Assembly: GCA_016209595.1 (NCBI GenBank)
Contig: JACQVV010000299.1
Location: 1-56,193 of the forward strand
Direction of reading: 5' to 3'
DNA: 56,193 nt
Source: Planctomycetota bacterium
GTDB lineage: Bacteria > Planctomycetota > JACQVV01
A program made the translations under genes and the position numbers. Positions within the stretch are counted from its first letter, which is position 1, and each line of letters begins with the position of its first letter. A model generated the notes under the pieces. That model had not been told where the DNA came from, searched no databases, and worked only from the letters and a program-made list of their open reading frames with translations. Positions 46,733 through 56,193 of this stretch are shown here, in pieces.

Positions 46733-46870
46733 GGCCCAGTGAAACCGAGAAGGGCGCGCCCGGAAGACCGGGACCTTCTCTCCCGGTGGAGACAGTAAGA
46801 ACGGGCTCATCGGGCGGAAGGTCGTCCTGTTCCGGCTCACCGGCGGGAGCAGAAAAGGGAGCGAGGGGGA

Positions 46871-47857
46871 ATGACGCGAATCGTCGCCGAGGTCGCGCAA
46901 GGGTACGAGGGAAAGCCGGACTATTGCGCCCTCTACGTCCGGGCGGCGGCCCGCTCAGGAGCCGATGCGGTGAAGTTCCAGGTGGTCTATGCCGACGACG
47001 TGGCCGAGCCGGGGTACAGATACTACGACTCCTACAAAACCCTCGAGATGGATCTCGGCGTCTGGCGGGAGATCCGGGTCCTCTGCGACAAGGAGAGGAT
47101 CCATCTCTTCCTGGACGTCTCCGGGGAGAGGGCCATGCACGTGGCTCGCGAGGTCCGCCCCGATGCGATCAAGTTCCACGCTTCGAATTTTTTCAACCGG
47201 CGTTTGCTGCGCGAGGGGTTCGCCGTCGCGGAACTCGTCTTCGTGTCCGTGGGCGGGATCGAAGACTCCGAGATCGAGGAACTGGTGCGCGAGGTCGAGT
47301 CCTGGCAGGCGCCCGGGCAGCTCGCTCTCCTTTGCGGCTTTCAGGCCGAACCGACTCCGGTCGAGAGCAGCCGCGTCTCTCGCCTGACCGCTCTCCGCGC
47401 GCGCTTTCCCGGGATCCAGGTCGGCTACATGGACCACGCCCCCGGTGATTCCGAGGATCGCGTCCACGTTTCCTTGCTCGCGATGGCGCTGGGGGCCGAC
47501 TGGATCGAGAAACACCTCACCCTGAGCCGGTTCCTCGAGATCGAGGACTGGGTTTCCGCGCTCGAACCCGACGAGTTTGCCCGCTACGTGGCAACGCTCC
47601 GTCGCATGGAGGCCGCCCTGGTGGATCCAGGCCTCGGGGAGGAGGAGCGGAGCTACCGGGACAGGAACGTGAAGAAGCTCCTCGCGGCGCGCGATCTGGC
47701 CGTCGGGCACCCGATCGCGCTGGGTGACCTCGCCTTCCGCCGAACGCCACGCATCCCGGCATTCGCCGGATTCCACGACCCTGCGCGGATCGTCGGCCGC
47801 TCCCTCCGGCGTTCGCTCGCACCCGGGGACCCCGTCCTGGAGGACGACCTCGCGTGA
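46871..47857 (+). CDS. Second, divergent NeuB-family synthase
   Basis: IVAEVAQGYEG, ADAVKFQ, GYMDH, IEKHLTL, SALEPDEF, SAF-like tail. Confidence 0.85.
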   Translation: MTRIVAEVAQGYEGKPDYCALYVRAAARSGADAVKFQVVYADDVAEPGYRYYDSYKTLEMDLGVWREIRVLCDKERIHLFLDVSGERAMHVAREVRPDAIKFHASNFFNRRLLREGFAVAELVFVSVGGIEDSEIEELVREVESWQAPGQLALLCGFQAEPTPVESSRVSRLTALRARFPGIQVGYMDHAPGDSEDRVHVSLLAMALGADWIEKHLTLSRFLEIEDWVSALEPDEFARYVATLRRMEAALVDPGLGEEERSYRDRNVKKLLAARDLAVGHPIALGDLAFRRTPRIPAFAGFHDPARIVGRSLRRSLAPGDPVLEDDLA

Positions 47858-48619
47858 GAAGGCTCGTCGCCGCGCTCGCCTGCCGCGTTCAGGGAGAACG
47901 GCTGTACGGCAAGCCTGTCCAGCAGCTCACCAAGGGGAAGACGATCCTGGGTCAGATTCTCGACTCGGTCGAGAAGCTCCCCGCCATCGTGACGGCGGTC
48001 CTCGGGATCGCGGAGGGGATCGAGAACCAGGTCTTCGTCCGGATCGCCAGGGATCGGGGGATCTCCTACGTCTTCGGGGACGAGGTGGACGTCCTCTCCC
48101 GCCTCATCCTGTGCGCTCGCGTCGCGAACGCGACCGACGTCTTCCCGGGTGACGACCGAGTGCCCCTTCATGTACTGGGAGGCCGTCGAGGGCGCCTGGA
48201 ACAGCCACGTCGAGAAGAGGAACGACGTGACAACGATCGACGGTCTGCCCGAGGGCACTCACTTCGAGATCTACACGCTGGAGTCGCTCGTCCGCTCCCA
48301 CGAGAAGGGCGACGCCTACCACCGGAGCGAGGGGTGCTCGCGCTACGTCCGCCAGCACCGATCCGAATTCCAGGTCGAGGTGCTTCTGCCCCGTCCGGAC
48401 TGCCTGCGACCCGACCTGAGGCTCACGGTCGATTACCCCGAAGACCTGGTCGTCTGCCAGCGGCTCTACGAGGTTTTTCGCGATCGCGCGCCGCTCGTGC
48501 CCCTCGACGAGATCGTCCGGTTCCTCGACTCGCGACCCGACTTGAAGGGACTCGTCGCTCCCTACGTCGATCCCAAGCCCCTGTGGCTCGACGCTCCGCT
48601 GGGAGGGGGTCCGTTGTGA
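47854..48619 (+). pseudogene. Second SpsF-like cytidylyltransferase with a single +1 frameshift
   Basis: ACRVQGERLYGKP..GDEVDVLSR; TTCCCGGGTGACG at about 48142, where removing one base gives FRVTTECP; then LRLTVDYPEDL. Confidence 0.8.
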
Positions 48620-48638
48620 CGCCGCGTTGCGACGGCCG

Positions 48639-49970
48639 TCAGTCGTTGCGGGGACGGAACACCGGCCGGAGGAGGTAACCCCGAGGGCACGGCCCGCTGG
48701 AGGCTCGGATCGCCGCAGCGAGCTTCGCGAGCGCGTTCCTCACGGCCTTCTTCGTGGCCTCGAGCTCGCGCTCCCCGTGGGCCAGCGAAACGCAGTAGTA
48801 CGGAGCGAGCAGTCCCTCGTCCACGAGGAACTCCTGAAGGACCGTCGCGGTCCGGGGGCAGGGGTTCCCTCGATCGTCCACGCACTTCAGTGCGAGGTTC
48901 GACGGATGGCAGCGCAGCCGTACACGGTGTTCGAGTCCCTCGAATCGGATCGCCTCCTGCAGGATCTCCTGGAGCTCCCTTCCGGCCCGCCAGATCCTCT
49001 CGATCGCGCCCTCCTTCTCGAGGACCCGGATGGTCGCGATCGCTGCTGCGATCCCGACCGGCTCCCCGCCGAAGGTCGACGAGAGGAGAAAGACCTTGTC
49101 CCTCTCCTTCTGACGGATCCCTCCGAGCTCGAGGATGTCGCGCTTGCCGGCGAGGAAGGAGAAGGAGAAGCCGTTCGCGACCGCCTTGCCGAACGTGGAG
49201 AGGTCCGGGGTCACCCCGAACAGGTGCTGTGCGCCGCGCAGGTGCCACCGGAAGCCCGTCACGATCTCGTCGAAGACGAGCAGCGCGCCCTCTCGATCGC
49301 AGATCCGACGCAACCCATCGAGGAAACCCGCCGCCGGGAGATCGGTCGCCACCCCGACCGGTTCCAGGAAAACGGCGGCGATCTCTTCCGGGAACCGGGC
49401 GAATGCCTCCTCCACCGAAGCGAGATCGTTGTAGCCGAAGCTCACGTTTCGAGCTCGCTCCTCCCGCGGCACTCCCCCGGGCATCGCCGTCATCCCGATG
49501 AACCAGTCGTGCTGGCTGAAGAACGGGTGGTCCCGGCAGACGGCGATCCGCTCCCGGCCGGTCCACGCCCGTGCCAGACGCACCGCCGCGCTCGTGGCGT
49601 CCGACCCGTTCTTGCCAAACTTCACCATCTCGGCGGAGGGGATGAGGCGGGTGAGCGTCTCCGCGAGTTCCAGCTCCTTCTCCCACGGACGGGAGAAGTT
49701 CGATCCGAGGGCGACGGCTTCGCCGACCGCTTCGACCACCTCCGGGTGAGCGTGTCCCAGGATCACGGAGTTGATCCCCATCGCCCAGTCCAGGAACCGG
49801 TTCCCGAGCGTGTCCCAGACGTAGGCCCCCTCGCAGCGAGCGAGGTGCGGCGGAGCGTTGTAGGGGTAGGCATCGTCCCCCTTGCTGTAGGTGTGGGCCC
49901 CGCCTGGTATGAGGCGATGGGCTCGGGCGCGGAGCTCTTCGTACGTCGACAGCCGGTCCTCGACCTTCAC
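48639..49970 (-). CDS. Class III PLP aminotransferase (glutamate-1-semialdehyde aminomutase-like)
   Basis: IPGGAHTYSKG, GKNGSDAT, FDEIVTGFR, PDLSTFGKAVANG, LLSSTFGGE. Confidence 0.9.
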   Translation of the reverse strand: MKVEDRLSTYEELRARAHRLIPGGAHTYSKGDDAYPYNAPPHLARCEGAYVWDTLGNRFLDWAMGINSVILGHAHPEVVEAVGEAVALGSNFSRPWEKELELAETLTRLIPSAEMVKFGKNGSDATSAAVRLARAWTGRERIAVCRDHPFFSQHDWFIGMTAMPGGVPREERARNVSFGYNDLASVEEAFARFPEEIAAVFLEPVGVATDLPAAGFLDGLRRICDREGALLVFDEIVTGFRWHLRGAQHLFGVTPDLSTFGKAVANGFSFSFLAGKRDILELGGIRQKERDKVFLLSSTFGGEPVGIAAAIATIRVLEKEGAIERIWRAGRELQEILQEAIRFEGLEHRVRLRCHPSNLALKCVDDRGNPCPRTATVLQEFLVDEGLLAPYYCVSLAHGERELEATKKAVRNALAKLAAAIRASSGPCPRGYLLRPVFRPRND

Positions 49971-50056
49971 GACATGGCCTCGCTGGCAAACGCATGGCAG
50001 TATGGCGCCTCCGCCCTTCTCCTCCCTTCCGCTCCCCTGGGGGTCCAAGACGACCG

Positions 50057-50995
50057 ATGTTCTACCGGCCGCTCGGCAGGTCCGGGGTCGATGTCTCGGC
50101 GATCTCGCTGGGCACGGTCGAGCTCGGGCGGGCGTACGGCATCCCCGCGCCGGGAGCCGCCGTCCAACCGGACGAAGAGGGAGCGGCACGGGTGATACTC
50201 GGGGCGATCGACAGGGGAGTCAACCTCATCGACACGTCCCCTGTCTACGGCGACAGCGAGGAAAGGATCGGCAGGACCCTCGGTCCGCGTCGCCCGAAGG
50301 TGCTCCTGGCCACGAAGGCGCGGATCGAGCCCGGCAGGAGCGGCGGGGCGGTCCGCGGCAAACTGCGCGCCTCCTTGGAGAGGAGCCTCGTCGCTCTCCG
50401 GACCGACTATGTCGATCTTCTCCAGGTCCAGAACGCAACACCGGAGTCGCTGGCCCTCGACGAGCCGATCGAGGAGATCCGGACGCTGCGGGACGAGGGG
50501 AAGACGCGGTTTCTCGGCGCGTCGGTGTACGGGCCCGAGGCCGCGGAGTTCGCGCTCGGACTGGGGACTTTCGACGCCCTCCAGATCGCCTACAGCGTCC
50601 TAGACCAGAGGCCGGCCGACCGGGTTCTGCCGGCGGCCGCCGGCCGAGGGGTCGGGATCCTCATCCGCTCGGTCCTTCTGAAGGGAGCCCTGACGTCCCG
50701 CGGGGATCAGCTGCCCATACCGCTCGAACGGGTCCGCGACAGGTCGCGGGCTTTCCGGCGCCTGGTCGCGGAGAGGTTCGGGATCGGGAGGGAGGCTCGA
50801 GTCGCCATTCGATTCGCCCTCGCGCGCCGCGAGGTTTCCTCGGTCCTCGTGGGTGTCTCGAGCCTGAATGAGATGGAGGAGGATCTGGCCTCCCTCGACG
50901 AGGCCGACCTTCCGGCCGATTTTCTGGAAAGCGCACGGGAGCTCCGTATCGACGACCCGGACCTCATCGATCCGCGCCTCTGGCCGAGCACGTAG
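50057..50995 (+). CDS. Aldo/keto reductase
   Basis: SAISLGT, IDTSPVYGDSE, ATK, SLERSL..LRTDYVDL, GASVY. Confidence 0.9.
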   Translation: MFYRPLGRSGVDVSAISLGTVELGRAYGIPAPGAAVQPDEEGAARVILGAIDRGVNLIDTSPVYGDSEERIGRTLGPRRPKVLLATKARIEPGRSGGAVRGKLRASLERSLVALRTDYVDLLQVQNATPESLALDEPIEEIRTLRDEGKTRFLGASVYGPEAAEFALGLGTFDALQIAYSVLDQRPADRVLPAAAGRGVGILIRSVLLKGALTSRGDQLPIPLERVRDRSRAFRRLVAERFGIGREARVAIRFALARREVSSVLVGVSSLNEMEEDLASLDEADLPADFLESARELRIDDPDLIDPRLWPST

Positions 50996-51188
50996 AGTTC
51001 CGATCGGCCACCGACCTTCGGCACGTCCGGCGGAATTCCACCTCGATGTCTCCCGGCCATCCGTCTTCGATGTACCGGATGCTCCGATCATCGAAAACCC
51101 CGCGTCAGGCGGATCCTGTCCTCGCGCGAGAAAGCGACCCCCTCGCCCTGTATTCCGTCTCGAAGGGTCGTGTCGTACCGATCGACTT

Positions 51189-52271
51189 TCATGAGCGCCC
51201 CGGCCGGAGTGAGGAAGGGGAGGCCTCATCCACGAAAGCCATCCGCGTGATCGGGACCATGCACGTCCCATGCTTCGGCTCCCCGGCCGGCACGGGCATG
51301 TCGAGGAGCGTTCGCAGGAGGATCGCCGGGAGGTTCACGCCGCCCGCGCGGCTCGCGGCCACCGCCCCGCTCCAGCGAGGGTTGATCTCGTAGAGACCCG
51401 GCACTCCCCCGTATCCCAGTCCGACGTCGAAGTCCAGGGCGTGACTCAAAGAAAGCTCGCGTACGATCCGGCGCGTGAACTCCTCCAGACCAGGATGCCG
51501 CTCGATCCGGCAACCCTGACTGACGGAGAGGAACGGGTCCTTCCACAGGCGACGGCGGGGAACGACGCAGAGCACTTCTCCCTGGCGGGCGACGCAATCG
51601 ACGTCGTAATCCGGCCCCGGAACGAACTCCATGGCCAGGAGCGGGAGGCGGGCGGGTTCGCGCTCGATCTGCCTGACGGCGGAAGCCAGATCGGCGAAGG
51701 CGTGACGGGCTCCGGTCGTTTGCTCGAATCCCGCGACGTGGCGATCGACGACGACGAGCCCCCTCGACCCTCGACCGGTGGAGGGCTTGAGCACAATCTT
51801 CCTCTCCGGATAACCCAGCGACCGCGCGGCTCCCTCGATCTCTCCCGCGCTTGCGAGGAGACGGAACGCCGGGAGGGGAACGTCTCGTTCCGCCAGTCGA
51901 GCGAAGAGTGCGGCCTTGTCGCGAAGCAGATCGACCGTTCCGGTCTCCTCCACCGCGCAGCGGACTCCCGACTCCCGAAACTCCGATCGGACGCGCGCGA
52001 GAGCCACGACCTCCTCGTCCGCGGATGGGAGGAGGACCTCGACTTCCTCCGTGCGGCAGATATCCCGGAGCGCGCCGACGAACATGTCCGGGGCCACCGA
52101 TGCCCCCGGTACGACGTGGAAGGAGTCGACGAAGAACCGGCCGGTGACTTCGGGATTGGCATCGACACCGACGATTCTGAGGTCGAGGTCGGTGTCAGCC
52201 CGGAGAGCCTCGATCGTGTCCGGGGCGAAGACTCCTCCGATGCAGGTGAGAAGTACGGTCGCCTTTCTCAT
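51189..52271 (-). CDS. ATP-grasp (CarB-like) ligase
   Basis: [51 protein letters not shown]. Confidence 0.88.
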   Translation of the reverse strand: MRKATVLLTCIGGVFAPDTIEALRADTDLDLRIVGVDANPEVTGRFFVDSFHVVPGASVAPDMFVGALRDICRTEEVEVLLPSADEEVVALARVRSEFRESGVRCAVEETGTVDLLRDKAALFARLAERDVPLPAFRLLASAGEIEGAARSLGYPERKIVLKPSTGRGSRGLVVVDRHVAGFEQTTGARHAFADLASAVRQIEREPARLPLLAMEFVPGPDYDVDCVARQGEVLCVVPRRRLWKDPFLSVSQGCRIERHPGLEEFTRRIVRELSLSHALDFDVGLGYGGVPGLYEINPRWSGAVAASRAGGVNLPAILLRTLLDMPVPAGEPKHGTCMVPITRMAFVDEASPSSLRPGRS

Positions 52272-52540
52272 GCGCTCTCGGAGCGCCTCGTCCTCACAGC
52301 CATCATCAGAAGATGGAATCCTCGAGTGAGATCCGGACCTCGGCCACCTGTTTCCACACACCTGCTTGCGATGGGTCGCGCGGGCCTCCTCGGCTCCGCG
52401 GGACGAAGAATCCTATCACGATGTGCGTTCCCCCAGGGCACTCCGAATGCCCCGCTCGGCCCCCGAAGCCTTGCCGGCGGAGTCTCGCGAATCGAAACAT
52501 GACTTCCCCGGGGGGAAAGGCACGATACGATGGAGCGACG

Positions 52541-53998
52541 ATGGGCGCCACTCGGAGGGGTCTCTTCTTGCTCAAGTACCCCCACCGCCAGGTGGCGCGG
52601 TGGTTCCAGTCCCGCCTCGACTGCGAGGTGGACGGCTATGCCGTCCTTCCGATGTCTGGAGACGAGTCCGCATCCTGCGCGGAGGTTCTCGACATCCACA
52701 CGGTGATCGAGTCGGTGAAGAGGAGCACCGTCCCTCGGGACGTCCTTGCCCGTGCGCGCCGGATCGAGGTGGGGGCTGGGGTCCACCTGGCCGACGCGTT
52801 CGCCTCTGACCGCCACCTCGGGCTTGGCTGGATCACCGGAGGCCTGTACCACGGCGGCGGTCTTTCGCGGCTCCCGTACGAGAAACACGTCCAGCTCCTG
52901 TGTGAGACGTATGACGCGACCCTCGCGTTCCTGGAGCGCCGTGAACCCGACTTCGTCTGCGCGCCTCTCTTCGCCTGTTTCCAGTCGGCGACCCTCTTCT
53001 TCGTCTGCGAGAAACTCGGGATCCCGATCCGCTGTCTCAACGGCCTCTCCTACGGGTCGTACTGGTGCTGGACACCGGATCGTCGCGTCTCGATCCCGGG
53101 GATCGAGGAGGCCATGGCCGATCTCGCGTCGCGCCCTCCCCCTCCCCCGGAGACGATCGCCGACATCGCGCCGCGTGCGCGCCGCGCGGTGTCGGGCTCG
53201 CTCGCCCGGGGAAACCTCGGCGACTTCGCGATGCTCGCAGCGAAGGCGGCGACCTGGCACGCGCGCGCCGCGTTCTCGGGCTATCGGAAATCCGACGAGA
53301 TCGGCCTGGGAGCGAAGCTCGACTACCTCTGGCAGCTCCACCGCCGCGCCCGGCGGGAGCTCCGGCGGCGCTACGCTTCCATCGAGGATCTCTCCGGCAC
53401 CCACTTCGTCTACTACCCGCTCCAACACGAGCCCGAGGCGTCTCTCAACGGCCTCGAGCCCTACTTCACGAACCAGCTCTATGCCATCGAGATCCTCTCG
53501 AAGAGCATTCCGGCCGACGGTTACCTCGTCGTCAAGGAGCATCCGGGCAGCGTGGGGAACCGGCCGCGCGGGTGGATCGATCGCATCGCGGGCTTCCCAC
53601 GAGTCCGCCTGGTCCATCCGTTCGAGAGCTCGATCGAGCTCATCCGCCGTGCCACGGCAACCGCGACGATCAGAGGCACGGTCGCCCTCGAGGCCGCGAT
53701 CCTGGGCAAGCCCGTGGTGAGCCTGGGTTCGAGCTATTGCCTCAACCTCGTCGGCCACGTGTCGCACGCGAACGACATCCCGGGGCTCCGCCGGATCTTC
53801 GGCCGTATCTGGGCGTTGTGCGAGGAGGATCTCGGCCGCTTCCGCGCCGACGGCGCTCGCCTCAAGCGGGCGATCGAGAGGACGTGCTTACCCCTTCCTG
53901 ACTGCCTTGTCAATCAGCCGGCGAGTGACGAGACGGTCGAGAAGCTCGCCCAGGCCCTTCTTCGTTCGATCGAGACGTCCCGGGCGCGGCCGACTTGA
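52541..53998 (+). CDS. Capsule polysaccharide biosynthesis protein (KpsS/LipB-like, possible nonulosonate/Kdo transferase)
   Basis: YYPLQHEPEAS, VVKEHP, TIRGTVALEAAILGKPVV. Start uncertain. Confidence 0.75.
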   Translation: MGATRRGLFLLKYPHRQVARWFQSRLDCEVDGYAVLPMSGDESASCAEVLDIHTVIESVKRSTVPRDVLARARRIEVGAGVHLADAFASDRHLGLGWITGGLYHGGGLSRLPYEKHVQLLCETYDATLAFLERREPDFVCAPLFACFQSATLFFVCEKLGIPIRCLNGLSYGSYWCWTPDRRVSIPGIEEAMADLASRPPPPPETIADIAPRARRAVSGSLARGNLGDFAMLAAKAATWHARAAFSGYRKSDEIGLGAKLDYLWQLHRRARRELRRRYASIEDLSGTHFVYYPLQHEPEASLNGLEPYFTNQLYAIEILSKSIPADGYLVVKEHPGSVGNRPRGWIDRIAGFPRVRLVHPFESSIELIRRATATATIRGTVALEAAILGKPVVSLGSSYCLNLVGHVSHANDIPGLRRIFGRIWALCEEDLGRFRADGARLKRAIERTCLPLPDCLVNQPASDETVEKLAQALLRSIETSRARPT

Positions 53999-54293
53999 GG
54001 CCGTAGTAGATGCTGTCGTAGTTCCTGCCGAACCCGTCCGGGACCCGCTGCGTCGCATGGGATTCGTACCCCTCCTTCTCGAGCGCGGCGCGGATCCGTT
54101 CGGAGTCCACGGCGGTGTCGATCCAGAAGACGTCGAGCCCGATGAAGAGCCGCTGGCTGAAGACCTTGTTCCCTTCCTTTGGGTCGGTCCCCTCGCAGAG
54201 GCGGACGTGGCGAGGGAGGTTGCCCTGACCGCCCGCATGGGCGCGCAGGCGCTCGAGGAGCGTCTCGAGCGAGAGGAGTTCGGGCTGGGGCAC
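53910..54293 (-). CDS. Small hypothetical protein or gene remnant
   Basis: GTG 54293 follows GGAGG, with coding-like codons; it overlaps the convergent upstream gene by about 90 nt. Confidence 0.35.
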   Translation of the reverse strand: MPQPELLSLETLLERLRAHAGGQGNLPRHVRLCEGTDPKEGNKVFSQRLFIGLDVFWIDTAVDSERIRAALEKEGYESHATQRVPDGFGRNYDSIYYGLKSAAPGTSRSNEEGPGRASRPSRHSPAD

Positions 54294-54702
54294 GGTTCGT
54301 ACCTCCGTGAGTCGGGGAGGAGATCCAAGCAAGGGGGACGCTCCCCGTCAAGGGCGGATCGATCGCGCGCCCCGGCGCGAACGCGATCCGGGAGCGAGAT
54401 CGCAGGCCGGCGGCTTCGGACCACGGAGAGCGGCGGTCAGCGCGACCGGGAGTTCGAGGTCGAGCGGGGGGCCTCGATGACCGCCTCGTGCGCCGGCTTG
54501 CGAGCGTACCGAGGATCGAGATGGAGTCCACCAGGGTCCGCACGAGAAGGTAGCCGAGGGAGGTCGATTCCGCGGCGGCGAGCCGCTCGGGAAGACCTCC
54601 TACCAGACTGCTGGAAGATCGCGGAGTGGGCGCCCGTGGCGTGCCTCGTCGCAGCATGGTCGCGCGATCCAAGTCTTGACCCAGATGGCGATGGGAGGGT
54701 TC

Positions 54703-55575
54703 ATGGATCGGGACGGCGGCGAGGTGGACGGGACGGGCGCGCTCCGGAAGGCCACCCTGGCACTCCAGAAGATGCGCGCGAAGCTCGACGCCCTGGAGCG
54801 AGCGAGGCGGGAGCCCATCGCGATCGTGGGCGTCGCATGCCGCTTCCCCGCCGGCGCGAACGACGTCGAGTCCTGCTGGAGGCTCCTCTCCGAGGGATGG
54901 GACGGAACGCGGGAGGTCCCCGCGGATCGCTGGGACGTCGACTCCTTCTACGATCCGACTCCCGGCGTACCGGGCAAGGCGTACACGCGGCGTGGCGGCT
55001 TCCTGGACTCGGTGGACCAGTTCGATCCGCAATTCTTCCGCATCTCGCCCCGCGAAGCGCTCACGCTGGACCCCCAGCAGCGCCTCCTGCTCGAGGTGAG
55101 CTGGGAGGCTCTCGATAACGCGGGACAGCGGGCCGATCTGCTCTCGGGGAGCGACACGGGCGTCTTCCTGGGCATCAGCACGAGCGACTACGCGCAGATC
55201 CTCTCGAAGTCGGCCCACTCTTCCTCGAACAATGCCCAGGCGGGACTGAACGCGCCGAGCGTCGCTTCGGGGCGAATCTCGTACACGTTCGGCTTCCAGG
55301 GCCCTTGCATGGCCATCGACACGGCCTGCTCGTCGTCGATGGTCGCGACGCACCTCGCGATCCAGGCCCTCCGGAACGCGGAGTGCCGCATGGCCCTCGT
55401 GGCGGGCGTGAACTTGATGCTCTCGCCGGAGATCACGATCAACTTCAGCCAGGGCCCGATGCTCTCGCCCGACGGGCGCTGCAAGACCTTCGACGCCGCC
55501 GCGGACGGGTACGCGCGTGGCGAGGGGTGCGGGGTCCTGGTGCTGAAGCGACTCGCCCACGCGCTCTCGGACTCG
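54703..55575 (+). pseudogene. Truncated type I PKS (docking helix plus N-terminal part of the ketosynthase)
   Basis: LRKATLALQKMRAKLDALERARREPIAIVGVACRFP, DPQQRLLLE, DTACSSS, DGRCKTFD, GYARGEGCG, LKRL; similarity stops before the HGTGT motif. Confidence 0.85.
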
Positions 55576-56184
55576 GGAGTGCGCCGTGGTCGCGGCCGGC
55601 CAGGTCCGCGAGGAACGCTCCCTCGTGGCCCATGTCGTGCCGAAGCCCGGCGGCGCCGGAGGGTCCCGCCCGCCGTTCGACTGGGAGGCGATCCTGGCGG
55701 CCGCGCGGGACGCGGCTCGCACCGGGGCGATGGACCTCGACCCCGACGCCTGTTCCGCGCTCTGGCAGGCGCTCGATCGACTTCACGTCGAGGCGGTGGG
55801 GAACGCCCTCCTCGACCTCGGCGCGTTCGCCGCGGCCGGGAACCGCTGGACGGTCGAGGACCTCCTCGATCGATGCGGGATCGAGGCCCGCTATTCCCGG
55901 TGGCTCGCGCGGGCGCTCGCCGCCCTCGAGCGGGCGGGGCTCCTCGAGCGCGCCGGCGGCGCCCCTCGGCCGAGGTCTATCTGGCGGACGAGACCCCCGC
56001 CATCTACGCCAGGCTCTTCCAGTTCTCCCACCCGATCGTTCGCGAGGCCATGCGGGCCGCGGTGCGGGGGCAGTCCGGAGCGAGGATCCCCGAGGTCGGG
56101 GGAGGCCTCGGGTCGACCGCTCGAGAGGTGCTCCCGGTCGCCCGGAGCGAGGGCGCCTCGTACCTGTTCACCGACGTCAGCTGA
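55574..56184 (+). pseudogene. NRPS adenylation-domain tail plus embedded methyltransferase fragments
   Basis: Alternate frame reads RECAVVAAGQVREERSLVAHVVP...WTVEDLLDRCGIEARYSRWLARALAALERAGLL, then back in frame RIPEVGGGLGSTAREVLP..YLFTDVS*. Confidence 0.6.
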
Positions 56185-56193
56185 CACTTCCTC

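Noticed and set aside
43727-49970. Housekeeping fmt and hemL
   Set aside because: Both lie inside the glycan locus and resemble the sugar-pathway paralogues; there is no def or hem gene context.
50996-51188. Possible small gene fragment on the minus strand ([24 protein letters not shown])
   Set aside because: Too short, with no start and no recognisable family.
1-56193. tRNA, rRNA, riboswitch or T-box upstream of pheS
   Set aside because: None recognised by eye; the pheS upstream region is only ~80 nt and shared with a divergent gene. An Infernal/tRNAscan-SE run would be decisive.

Overview
High-GC bacterial chromosomal segment, probably Planctomycetota-like (DUF4058 gene, Zn-ribbon/Ser-Thr kinase/TPR protein, FHA hybrid kinase, bacterial holA); the taxonomy is inference. 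1-18 kb: an alpha/beta hydrolase, signalling kinases, an archaeal/eukaryotic-type pheS-pheT pair and two toxin-antitoxin modules. The standout, at 19.7-26.0 kb, is a translationally coupled run behind holA encoding an SMC ATPase with Smc5/6-type motifs, a putative kleisin, an Nse1/Nse3-like tandem winged-helix (KITE) protein and a stand-alone 8-Cys RING-like protein. After one antisense DUF4058 gene come a JAMM/MPN+ isopeptidase and an E1-like enzyme. This looks like a candidate bacterial Smc5/6-like complex linked to ubiquitin-like (de)conjugation; no Ubl or E2 gene is visible in the window. 26-54 kb: a large surface-glycan locus (glycosyltransferases, HisH/HisF plus N-acetyl-sugar amidotransferase, two NeuB, two SpsF-like cytidylyltransferases, formyltransferase, ABC flippase, KpsS-like protein) with an IS21 scar, a chimeric duplicated fragment and several frameshifted genes. 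The window ends in a collapsed PKS/NRPS remnant. No rRNA, tRNA or CRISPR array was recognised. All family calls come from motif reading by eye, not database searches.
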